64,000 nt of DNA from assembly GCA_943787705.1 (NCBI GenBank), contig CALSNL010000002.1, positions 451,694 to 515,693 on the forward strand, given 5' to 3'. Shown here piece after piece: positions 56,412-64,000 of the stretch. Numbering within the stretch: the stretch's first letter is position 1; each line of letters opens with the position of its first letter. The position numbers and the translations under genes were made by a program. The DNA is from an uncultured Pseudomonadales bacterium (GTDB lineage: Bacteria > Pseudomonadota > Gammaproteobacteria > Pseudomonadales > UBA7434). The notes under the pieces were generated by a model. That model searched no databases and was not told where the DNA came from. It saw nothing but the letters and a program-made list of their open reading frames with translations.

Positions 56412-57307
56412 GGTTGTTTACTTTATTTGTTTGAGTTTTCAATCAAGGTCGTCGGGGGTGGCCCGACAGACTGAAGCCAGAGTTTTATGCATAAACTTTT
56501 AGTTATATTGGTATATTCTGAGGGTTTACTTTTTTTGTTTAAGTTTTAAATTCAAGGTCGTCGGGGGTGGCCCGACAGCCAGTCACTTTTTGTCTACAGC
56601 AACAAAAAGTAACCAAAAAATGCCGTAAGCTTAACGGCGAAGCTTAACCACGACGGGTGCATCTCGTAGGGTTTTCTGTCCAGCAGTTCCAGAGAGATTA
56701 TCGCCAAGCGGTATAGGGGGTACTTTTTTTGTGCTGCACTTGCATCAAGTTTTACGTCCAATTTTACCTTTGAGCGAAATAGTAGTTCTACTCTTTTTTC
56801 TTTTTTTCCTTTTGAGCGGCATGCGGAGCTCAATAGTAAAAGCCGGCCGTTAGGCACGGTTTTTACTTGTTCTAAAATAAAAAGAAGCCTACTGAACTTG
56901 TTCGTTGTAGCCTCATTGTGTTTTGAAAAGTCTGAGGAATCAGAATGATATTGGCTGGAGGCGAGCTTAGATATTGACGAACAACTAAGTCGAGTGAAAA
57001 TCGTTTTCGTAGGCGCTGCTAAGATGTACTGGATAAAACCATCCCAAAGCGAATAGGTTATATCGGGATCAATCTTCGTCAGATTGTGTGCTTTCTTTTG
57101 GTTACTTTTCTTTGCACAAGCAAAGAAAAGTGACTGGCATGTCGGGCCACCCCCGACGACCTTGAACTTAAAACTTCAAAGAAAACATAAAAGTCCAGAA
57201 TATAAGAATACTATGAGATCCAGTTTAAAGATCTATATTCTAGCTATCGCCCCACCCCCGACGGTCTTGACCTTAAAACAAAAAAAATTAAAAGGATACC
57301 TCGACTC
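56412..57307 (-). mobile_element. non-coding MITE-like structured element, copy B (614 bp core at 56552-57165, inverted relative to copy A, with two arm units on each side)
   Basis: The reverse complement of 56552-57165 aligns with 38837-39450 with about 15 differences by hand alignment. GC hairpins at 56451-56467, 56560-56576 and 57141-57157, plus a degenerate one at 57246-57262. The outermost recognisable arm begins about 62 bp after the glmS stop. Confidence 0.6.
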
Positions 57308-57362
57308 ATAACATCAAACATAAAGCCGATATCTAAAAGTTAAATAAAAAGAGGAGGGGGGG

Positions 57363-58766
57363 TTAAGCTAGTGCTAGCTTTTCGTTTTTCTTTTCGGCCA
57401 TTTTCTTTTGCGTTTCTTCAATATCAGCATTAGTCCGCTGCTTCGTAATGCCAGGTATACCAAGACACAATAATTTGGTTATCTCAGTTCTTGGCAGCGC
57501 CTCACTTAAATAAAAGCCCTGAATCGTATCGCAGCCTAACTCTTGCAATAAATCCGCATGCTCAACATTCTCAACACCTTCAGCCACAACGCGCATATCT
57601 AAAGCATGAGCAACATCAATAATGGCCTGAGTAATAGCCACATCAACTTTATTGTCGAGCAAGTTAGCAATAAACATCTGGTCAATCTTCAAGATATCAA
57701 CAGGCAATGTTTTTAATAATTTAAAAGTTGAGTAGCCGGTACCAAAATCATCAATGGCAATCTCGATGCCCATATCACGCAAACCGGTTAAGGTCTCAGA
57801 TGTTTTTGCTAACGTATCTAAAATCAGTGATTCAGTTAGCTCAATAATTAATTGCTCTGGTGGAAATCCAGTACGTTTTAAAATACGTTTTATCTGTACC
57901 AGCATATCCTGACGAATAAGCTGCTTCGCGGATAAGTTAACCGCAATCTTCGCATGAGGAACGCCATCTTCAATCCACTTGGCACCATGTCGACAGGCTG
58001 TCTCTAAAACCATTTCACCAATGCCTGAGATTAAACCCGCATTCTCAGCAATAGGGATAAACTCATTGGGTGATACCCAGCCCAAATCGTCATGCTTCCA
58101 ACGCACTAATGCCTCAATGGAAGTGATGTGGCCGGTCGCGAGATTCATCTTAGGTTGGTAATGAACAGTTAGGTCTTTGCGCGAAATAGCATGGCGCAAT
58201 TCAATTTCAAGATTAAGACGTCGCAGTGATGGCGCGTTAGAGCTACTGCGAGTAAAGAATTTAACACTGTCACCGCCAACAGCTTTGGCATTTTGTAACG
58301 CACTAATAGCTTGGTGCAATAAAGTTTGCTCATTATCTGCTTTGTTAGGATAAAGACTAATACCGATACTGGCTGTGGTCATTAATTCTTGCTGGTCTAT
58401 AAAAACCGGTTTGCGAATAACGTTGAGTAAACGATTAGCAAGTTGACGAAGTTGAGAGGCATTGTCGACACCCTCACTTAACACGGCATATTCATCAGAA
58501 CCCAAATGCATGAGCAGATGATCACCATTGAGAGCATGTGTTAGTCGGTCGGTAGTGACATCAAGAAGCTGTTGTCCCACTTCTGGGCCAAGCGTTGATG
58601 TGATTGTGTTAAAGCGATCAAGATCGATAAAGAGAAGTGCTAGAGATTTTTTACGGAGCCGTGCCCGTGCGATGGCAAGTTGCAATCGCTGCTTGATGTC
58701 TATACGGCCAGCCAACAGTTTGGCATTTTCAAAAGCCGTAGCACCAAAAAAAGTATCAGTACTCAA
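57363..58766 (-). CDS. GGDEF-EAL protein (degenerate GGDEF site, intact-looking EAL phosphodiesterase); no sensor domain
   Basis: 467 aa. The GGDEF position reads LGSDEYA. EAL domain motifs EALVRW, NLS, ELTES, DDFGTGYS, KIDQMF, EGVE. Confidence 0.88.
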   Translation of the reverse strand: MSTDTFFGATAFENAKLLAGRIDIKQRLQLAIARARLRKKSLALLFIDLDRFNTITSTLGPEVGQQLLDVTTDRLTHALNGDHLLMHLGSDEYAVLSEGVDNASQLRQLANRLLNVIRKPVFIDQQELMTTASIGISLYPNKADNEQTLLHQAISALQNAKAVGGDSVKFFTRSSSNAPSLRRLNLEIELRHAISRKDLTVHYQPKMNLATGHITSIEALVRWKHDDLGWVSPNEFIPIAENAGLISGIGEMVLETACRHGAKWIEDGVPHAKIAVNLSAKQLIRQDMLVQIKRILKRTGFPPEQLIIELTESLILDTLAKTSETLTGLRDMGIEIAIDDFGTGYSTFKLLKTLPVDILKIDQMFIANLLDNKVDVAITQAIIDVAHALDMRVVAEGVENVEHADLLQELGCDTIQGFYLSEALPRTEITKLLCLGIPGITKQRTNADIEETQKKMAEKKNEKLALA

Positions 58767-58967
58767 GCTAAACGGTCTTGCATGGTAAAACCTCTACTAC
58801 AGTGGGGCCTATTAAACGCGACACATATGCACTTGTGCAAGCGAATAACTCGTTAAAAAACAATAATTACCAACTATTTCTTAAAAAAGTTAGCATGTCT
58901 ATAAATCACACGGTATATTGATCGGCTTAACTTTTATTTAAAATTTAATGCAGCAAAACGATACCTT

Positions 58968-61121
58968 ATGGATGTTTCACGAATACTTGATTCTTTAAAC
59001 AGCGCGCAACGCGAAGCTGTTTCTTGCGATAACAAAAGTGTGTTAGTGCTCGCTGGTGCGGGAAGCGGTAAAACTAGGGTGTTGGTGCATCGCATTGCAT
59101 GGTTATTGCAGGTACAAGGTGTATCGCCATCGTCAGTAATGTCGGTGACCTTTACCAATAAAGCCGCTAAAGAAATGCGCTCACGTATTGGTGAGCTTCT
59201 GCAAATAACCCCGCAAGGCATGTGGGTGGGGACTTTTCATGGTATTGCGCATCGATTATTAAAAGCGCATTGGAAAGACGCAGGCTTACCCGAAAATTTT
59301 CAAATTATTGATAGCGATGACCAATTGCGCATGGTTAAGCGTTTATTAAAAGAACATGAGCTCGATGAAACACGTTTTTCTCCAAAATCTATTCAATGGT
59401 ATATCAATGGCCATAAGGATGAAGGCCGGCGAGCTAAGCATGTCGATCACCATAATGATCCCTATGAAAAGACACTGGTTCAAGTTTATTTAGCCTATGA
59501 AGCCGCTTGTGAGCGTTCTGGGCAAGTAGATTTTGGTGAGCTATTGTTGCGTGCACATGAGCTTTGGTTAAACAGTCCCTCCGTATTAAATCACTATCAG
59601 CAGCGCTTCCAATATTTGTTGGTCGACGAATTTCAAGACACTAATACCATTCAATATGCATGGCTTCGAGTGCTTGCTGGCAATAGTAATACCATTACCG
59701 TTGTCGGTGATGATGATCAATCCATTTACGGCTGGCGCGGCGCTAAGATTGAGAATATCCAGCAGTTCAGTGAAGATTTTCCAGGCACCCAAACGGTTAA
59801 GCTTGAACAAAATTATCGTTCTACCTCATGCATTCTCGATGCGGCTAATGCCGTTATTTCGAACAATCCGAGTCGTTTAGGTAAAGAACTATGGACGGAT
59901 GGCGAGACGGGAGATCCTATCTCGCTTTATGCTGCATTCAATGAGCAGGATGAAGCGCGCTTTATTGTTGAGCGTATAGAAGAGCATGTTAGTAATGACA
60001 CACTTCGCTCTGAGCAGTCTATTTTATACCGATCTAATGCCCAGTCACGGGTTTTAGAGGAAGAGTTAATCCGTACCGGTATTCCTTATCGCATTTACGG
60101 TGGCCAGCGATTCTATGATCGTTTAGAGATTAAGAACGCGGTTGCTTATTTACGTTTGTCTCATGGACGCGATGATGATGCCGCTTTTGAGCGAGTAGTG
60201 AATACACCGACAAGGGGTATTGGCAACAAAACGATAGAAGCTTTACGGTTTCGTGCGCGTGAATCGAATACCTCAATGTGGCGAGCAGCCGAGCAATTAA
60301 TTAATGATGGCAGTTTAACCAAGCGAGCCATGACAGCCCTGCAAAATTTTATGGCGCTAATCAATGATTGTGGTGAAGCATCAAGCACCTTGAGCTTAGA
60401 AGACTTGGCGGCTTTTGTATTAGAGGCCAGTGATTTAATGGCCTTTCATGGCAAAGAGACCGGTGAAAAAGGTCAGGCGCGAATAGAGAATTTACAAGAA
60501 CTCGTTAACGCCACACGACAGTTTGAGCCAGAAGGTGATGACAGCACAGCACTTCGAGAATTTTTAGATACAGCAGCATTGGATTCTGGCGAACAACAAG
60601 CCGATGAATATACCGATGCTGTGCAGCTAATGACATTACATTCGGCCAAAGGTCTAGAATTCCCTGTGGTGTATTTAGCCGGTGTCGAAGAAAATCTTTT
60701 CCCACATAAGATGTCTGTAGAAGAGCCGGGGCGCTTAGAAGAAGAGCGTCGACTTTGTTATGTCGGTATTACGCGTGCCATGAAGCACCTTTATTTAACC
60801 TATGCCGAGACGCGTCGCTGGTATGGACAGGAATCTTATAATGCGGTGTCACGCTTTGTGCGTGAAATTCCCGATGAGTGCATTAAAGAGATTCGTGTTA
60901 AGGCCAATATTAGTCGGCCGGTAAGTGCAGGCATGTCATATGCCTCAGCCGATCATGAAACAGGCTTGTTACTTGGTCAGCGAGTGATGCACAGTGTCTT
61001 TGGTGAAGGCGTGATACTCAATATTGAAGGACAGGGCAGTAATGCTCGTGTGCAAGTTAACTTTGACGATGAAGGCAGCAAGTGGCTGGTCGCTGCTTAT
61101 GCCAATCTTAATAGTATTTAA
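58968..61121 (+). CDS. uvrD: DNA helicase II UvrD
   Basis: 717 aa. LNSAQREAV, AGAGSGKTRVL, VDEFQDTN, TLHSAKGLEFPVV, YVGITRA. Confidence 0.96.
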   Translation: MDVSRILDSLNSAQREAVSCDNKSVLVLAGAGSGKTRVLVHRIAWLLQVQGVSPSSVMSVTFTNKAAKEMRSRIGELLQITPQGMWVGTFHGIAHRLLKAHWKDAGLPENFQIIDSDDQLRMVKRLLKEHELDETRFSPKSIQWYINGHKDEGRRAKHVDHHNDPYEKTLVQVYLAYEAACERSGQVDFGELLLRAHELWLNSPSVLNHYQQRFQYLLVDEFQDTNTIQYAWLRVLAGNSNTITVVGDDDQSIYGWRGAKIENIQQFSEDFPGTQTVKLEQNYRSTSCILDAANAVISNNPSRLGKELWTDGETGDPISLYAAFNEQDEARFIVERIEEHVSNDTLRSEQSILYRSNAQSRVLEEELIRTGIPYRIYGGQRFYDRLEIKNAVAYLRLSHGRDDDAAFERVVNTPTRGIGNKTIEALRFRARESNTSMWRAAEQLINDGSLTKRAMTALQNFMALINDCGEASSTLSLEDLAAFVLEASDLMAFHGKETGEKGQARIENLQELVNATRQFEPEGDDSTALREFLDTAALDSGEQQADEYTDAVQLMTLHSAKGLEFPVVYLAGVEENLFPHKMSVEEPGRLEEERRLCYVGITRAMKHLYLTYAETRRWYGQESYNAVSRFVREIPDECIKEIRVKANISRPVSAGMSYASADHETGLLLGQRVMHSVFGEGVILNIEGQGSNARVQVNFDDEGSKWLVAAYANLNSI

Positions 61122-61133
61122 AGAGAGTATATT

Positions 61134-62243
61134 ATGGGCGTTTTTATTAAGGCAGCTTCATTATGCGTAGCGTTGGCGATGTTAGCGGCTTGTGGTGGTA
61201 ATGATGCTAGCCAAAATGGCAATGCAGGCGAGAATGTGGGCAAGAGCGCCAAACAAGAAAAGTATCAATGGAAGCTAGTAACCACTTGGCCGAAAAACTT
61301 TCCTGGTCTTGGTGTTGCGCCAGAAAATTTCGCTAAATTAGTCCATCGAATGAGTAGTGGTCGCTTAAGTATAAAGGTTTACGCAGCGGGCGAAATTGTT
61401 CCTGCTATGGAAGTGTTTAGTGCTGTGTCGAGTGGCACGGTTCAAATGGGTCACGGCGCGGCGTATTACTGGAAAGGAAAAATACCTGCTGCGCCATTAT
61501 TTACCTCTGTGCCCTTTGGTTTAAACGCGCAAGAAATGAATGGCTGGCTTTATCACGGTGGCGGTCTTGAATTATGGCGAGAAGTTTATGCGCCCTATAA
61601 TTTAGTGCCTATGGCTGGCGGGAATACCGGCATACAAATGGGTGGTTGGTTTAATAAAGAATTAAACAGCATTGAAGATTTTAAAGGCTTAAAAATGCGT
61701 ATCCCAGGTTTGGGTGGTGAAGTCTTTACACGAGCAGGTGGCACAGCAGTCAACTTAGCCGGTGGCGAAATTTATACGTCATTACAAACGGGTGTTATTG
61801 ATGCTGCCGAGTGGGTGGCACCCTATAATGATTTAGCTTTTGGTTTTAATAATGTGGCTAAATATTATTATTATCCCGGCTGGCATGAGCCCGGCCCTAC
61901 TATTGAATTAATCATTAATAAAGATGCTTATCAATCCTTACCCGATGATTTAGTAGCGATTGTTGAAGCGGCAGCACGAACAATTAACCAAGATATGTTG
62001 GATGAATATACTTCGCGAAATAATGCGGCATTGGTAGTGTTAAAAGAGAAAGGGGTAGAATTGCGTCGTTATCCTGATGAGGTTTTAGATGTATTGCGTG
62101 AAACTTCAAGAATAGTGATGGAAGAAAATGCTCAGAACGATGAGATGTTTAAGAAGGTATATGCGTCTTATAATGCCTATCGTAAAAGCGCGACGGCTTA
62201 TCATCAGATTAGTGAACGAGCTTACTACGATATAAGAGATTGA
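61134..62243 (+). CDS. TRAP transporter substrate-binding protein (COG4663-type, lipoprotein signal)
   Basis: 369 aa. Lipobox LAMLAAC. WKLVTTWPKNFPGLG...GTVQMGHGAAYYW is typical of the DctP-related family 7 binding proteins. Starts 12 nt after the uvrD stop. Confidence 0.85.
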   Translation: MGVFIKAASLCVALAMLAACGGNDASQNGNAGENVGKSAKQEKYQWKLVTTWPKNFPGLGVAPENFAKLVHRMSSGRLSIKVYAAGEIVPAMEVFSAVSSGTVQMGHGAAYYWKGKIPAAPLFTSVPFGLNAQEMNGWLYHGGGLELWREVYAPYNLVPMAGGNTGIQMGGWFNKELNSIEDFKGLKMRIPGLGGEVFTRAGGTAVNLAGGEIYTSLQTGVIDAAEWVAPYNDLAFGFNNVAKYYYYPGWHEPGPTIELIINKDAYQSLPDDLVAIVEAAARTINQDMLDEYTSRNNAALVVLKEKGVELRRYPDEVLDVLRETSRIVMEENAQNDEMFKKVYASYNAYRKSATAYHQISERAYYDIRD

Positions 62244-62253
62244 ATGCGTTAAA

Positions 62254-62272
62254 GGCCGTTTTTAAAACGGCC
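62254..62272. terminator. palindromic hairpin between the convergent TRAP-binding-protein and yciA genes
   Basis: GGCCGTTTT-T-AAAACGGCC is a perfect palindrome. There is only a short T-run (TTT) on the minus-strand side, so terminator function is tentative. Confidence 0.4.
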
Positions 62273-62310
62273 AAGCCCAGTTACTAAACCATTATCTAAA
62301 TTTACAAAAG

Positions 62311-62700
62311 CTACTTAACTGCGCGTGTTCGGCCATTATTATCGATGGAGACAAATACAAATAAGCCTTCAGTTACTTTAATTTTTTCACCACTCAGCCC
62401 GCTATCAATCCATACTTCAACTAATACTTGAATTGAGCTTCGGCCAACGCTAACGATTTCGGTATAGCAGCCGACAACAGCGCCTACATGTACTGGTACC
62501 AAGAAGTTCATATTGTCGATGGCGACAGTGGCCACTCGTCCGCCAGCGATTCTACCCGCAGCAACGCCTGCAGCAATATCCATTTGTGATAATAACCAGC
62601 CGCCAAAAATATCACCGCTAGCATTAGTATCTTTGGGCATAGCGATAGTCTGAAGAGACATTTCGCCATTTGGCATTGGGTTATCGTCGTTAGCATTCAT
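62311..62700 (-). CDS. yciA: acyl-CoA thioesterase, hotdog fold (YciA-like)
   Basis: 129 aa. MPKDTNASGDIFGGWLLSQMD...VATVAIDNMNFLVPVHVG. Confidence 0.88.
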   Translation of the reverse strand: MNANDDNPMPNGEMSLQTIAMPKDTNASGDIFGGWLLSQMDIAAGVAAGRIAGGRVATVAIDNMNFLVPVHVGAVVGCYTEIVSVGRSSIQVLVEVWIDSGLSGEKIKVTEGLFVFVSIDNNGRTRAVK

Positions 62701-62830
62701 GGTGTAAAAACTCGCTATAAATAGAACTAATAGAAAAGTAGATGTTACAGCTACTCAAATTGTACATGCGTTGTTAGTAATCATACCTTTGATAACAACA
62801 AAAAGATTGATGACCTATGCCCAGATTGCA

Positions 62831-64000
62831 TTAATTGTAAATTTTTTCCGGTAACCAGGTGACTATGGTTGGCCAGCGTGTCATTAGCAAAAGTAAAAAT
62901 AGTTGAATTAAAATAAAGGGAGCAACACCACGATAAATAGTGCTCGTCGCTATTTCGGCTGGTGCTACACCTCTAAGATAAAACAGTGCAAAACCGAAAG
63001 GTGGCGTTAAGAAAGACGTTTGTAAATTCACAGCAATCATAATGCCTAGCCATATGGGGTCAAAACCCATGGCTAATAGAATAGGGCCGACGATGGGCAC
63101 AACCACAAAAGTGATTTCTATAAAGTCTAAAATAAAGCCCAGTAAAAAAATAACCGCCATAACAACCAGTAGTGCGCCCATCTTCCCGCCTGGCATATCC
63201 GCAAATAATGATTGTACTAATTCATCACCGCCGTAGCCTCTAAAGACTAATGAGAATAAAGTGGCACCCAATAAAATCATAAAAATCATACTGGTGATTT
63301 TTAGCGTTTCTCTCACTACTTGCTGTAAGCGAATAAAATTCAATTGCCGTTTACACAGCGCAATAACCGTTGCACCCAGAGCGCCAACCGCTGCCGCTTC
63401 AGTTGGCGTAGCGGCACCAGCAAGTATTGAGCCTAGGACTAAGAATATGAGTGCAAGTGGGGGAAGCAAATTTGAAATAATTTGCAGGCTAGAAATATCT
63501 TCATCATTTATATAGGCCGGCGCCACATTAGGTTTAAGCCATGAATAGATAAAAATATAAATAAGATACAAGCTCACTAAAATTATGCCAGGAATAAGAG
63601 CGCCTACGAATAAATCACCCACAGAAATAGTTTTTGGGCTAAATATACCTTGGTTTATTTGAGCCTGCTGATAGGCAGTAGAAAGAATATCGCCTAAAAG
63701 AACAAGTGCTATAGAAGGCGGAATTATTTGCCCCAGTGTGCCGGTGGCACAAATAGTCCCTGTAGCGAGCGCGGGATTGTATTTATGTTTGAGCATGGTC
63801 GGCAACGACATTAGCCCCATGGTAACAACGGTAGCGCCGACAATGCCGGTGCTGGCTGCGAGTAACATACCAACAATGACGACCGCATAGCCAAGGCCAC
63901 CACGGCGCTTACCAAATAGCGCAGCCATATTATTGAGTAGGTCTTCAGCAAGGCGCGACTTCTCTAGCATCACACCCATAAACACAAATAACGGCACGGC
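62831..64000 (-). CDS. dctM: TRAP transporter large permease (DctM family), partial; N-terminus lies beyond the window end
   Basis: The frame is open to base 64000 (AVPLFVFMGVMLEKS...). Polytopic, with typical DctM motifs PLFVFMG and GIVGATVVTMG. Confidence 0.9.
   Translation of the reverse strand, partial: AVPLFVFMGVMLEKSRLAEDLLNNMAALFGKRRGGLGYAVVIVGMLLAASTGIVGATVVTMGLMSLPTMLKHKYNPALATGTICATGTLGQIIPPSIALVLLGDILSTAYQQAQINQGIFSPKTISVGDLFVGALIPGIILVSLYLIYIFIYSWLKPNVAPAYINDEDISSLQIISNLLPPLALIFLVLGSILAGAATPTEAAAVGALGATVIALCKRQLNFIRLQQVVRETLKITSMIFMILLGATLFSLVFRGYGGDELVQSLFADMPGGKMGALLVVMAVIFLLGFILDFIEITFVVVPIVGPILLAMGFDPIWLGIMIAVNLQTSFLTPPFGFALFYLRGVAPAEIATSTIYRGVAPFILIQLFLLLLMTRWPTIVTWLPEKIYN

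Noticed and set aside
56412-56580. Repeated arm units of about 60 bp separated by 42-45 bp of less conserved sequence, considered as a CRISPR-like array
   Set aside because: There are only two units per side. The units are far longer than CRISPR repeats and occur in inverted orientation on the two sides of the core. The 'spacers' are themselves homologous between arms (39491-39531 versus 57205-57245). No cas genes are present.
56350-57362. Autonomous Tn7-like transposon at the glmS attachment site
   Set aside because: The interval is only about 1 kb and holds no tnsABCDE/tniQ-like ORFs. Only a non-autonomous remnant or derivative remains conceivable, and that is reported as a hypothesis.

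Overview
This 64 kb window is the replication-origin neighbourhood of a gammaproteobacterial chromosome. Gene order is closest to the Pseudomonadales/Oceanospirillales pattern, and the sequence looks moderately AT-rich by eye. Almost everything is conserved housekeeping.

Gene content, left to right:
- A complete aa3-type cytochrome c oxidase cluster on the minus strand: coxB-coxA-ctaG-coxC, a DUF2909-like gene, SURF1, a divergent SCO-like gene, and a partial ctaA.
- A MATE exporter, yheV and yrdA.
- An unexplained 422 aa secreted protein.
- aroE, hemF, tsaC, purE, dprA and a LysM/TsaP-like gene.
- def-fmt-rsmB-trkA-trkH, glyQS and a plsC-like acyltransferase.
- gyrB-recF-dnaN-dnaA on the minus strand.
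- rpmH-rnpA-yidD-yidC-mnmE, then mnmG-rsmG-parA-parB-atpIBEFHAGDC-glmU-glmS on the plus strand.
- A GGDEF-EAL protein, uvrD, an orphan TRAP binding protein, yciA and a partial TRAP dctM.

I saw no rRNA, tRNA, CRISPR array, transposase, integrase or prophage genes.

The feature the gene content does not explain is a pair of about 0.8-0.9 kb non-coding, highly structured elements.
- Each has a 614 bp core bounded by about 38 bp terminal inverted repeats that contain a GC hairpin. Outside the core are extra repeated arm units.
- One copy sits right after mnmE, next to a free-standing HNH endonuclease gene. The other sits in inverted orientation right after glmS, the classical attTn7-type position.
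- The two copies are about 97.5 percent identical by my hand alignment.
- They bracket a 17 kb block that carries an E. coli-type oriC-like DnaA-box/AT-rich region, parAB, the atp operon and glmUS.

Other notable points are two near-consensus parS sites inside recF, two competing candidate origin regions, a divergent SCO-like protein, and a DnaA with a very long linker. All calls rest on reading the sequence and the ORF track; no searches were run.
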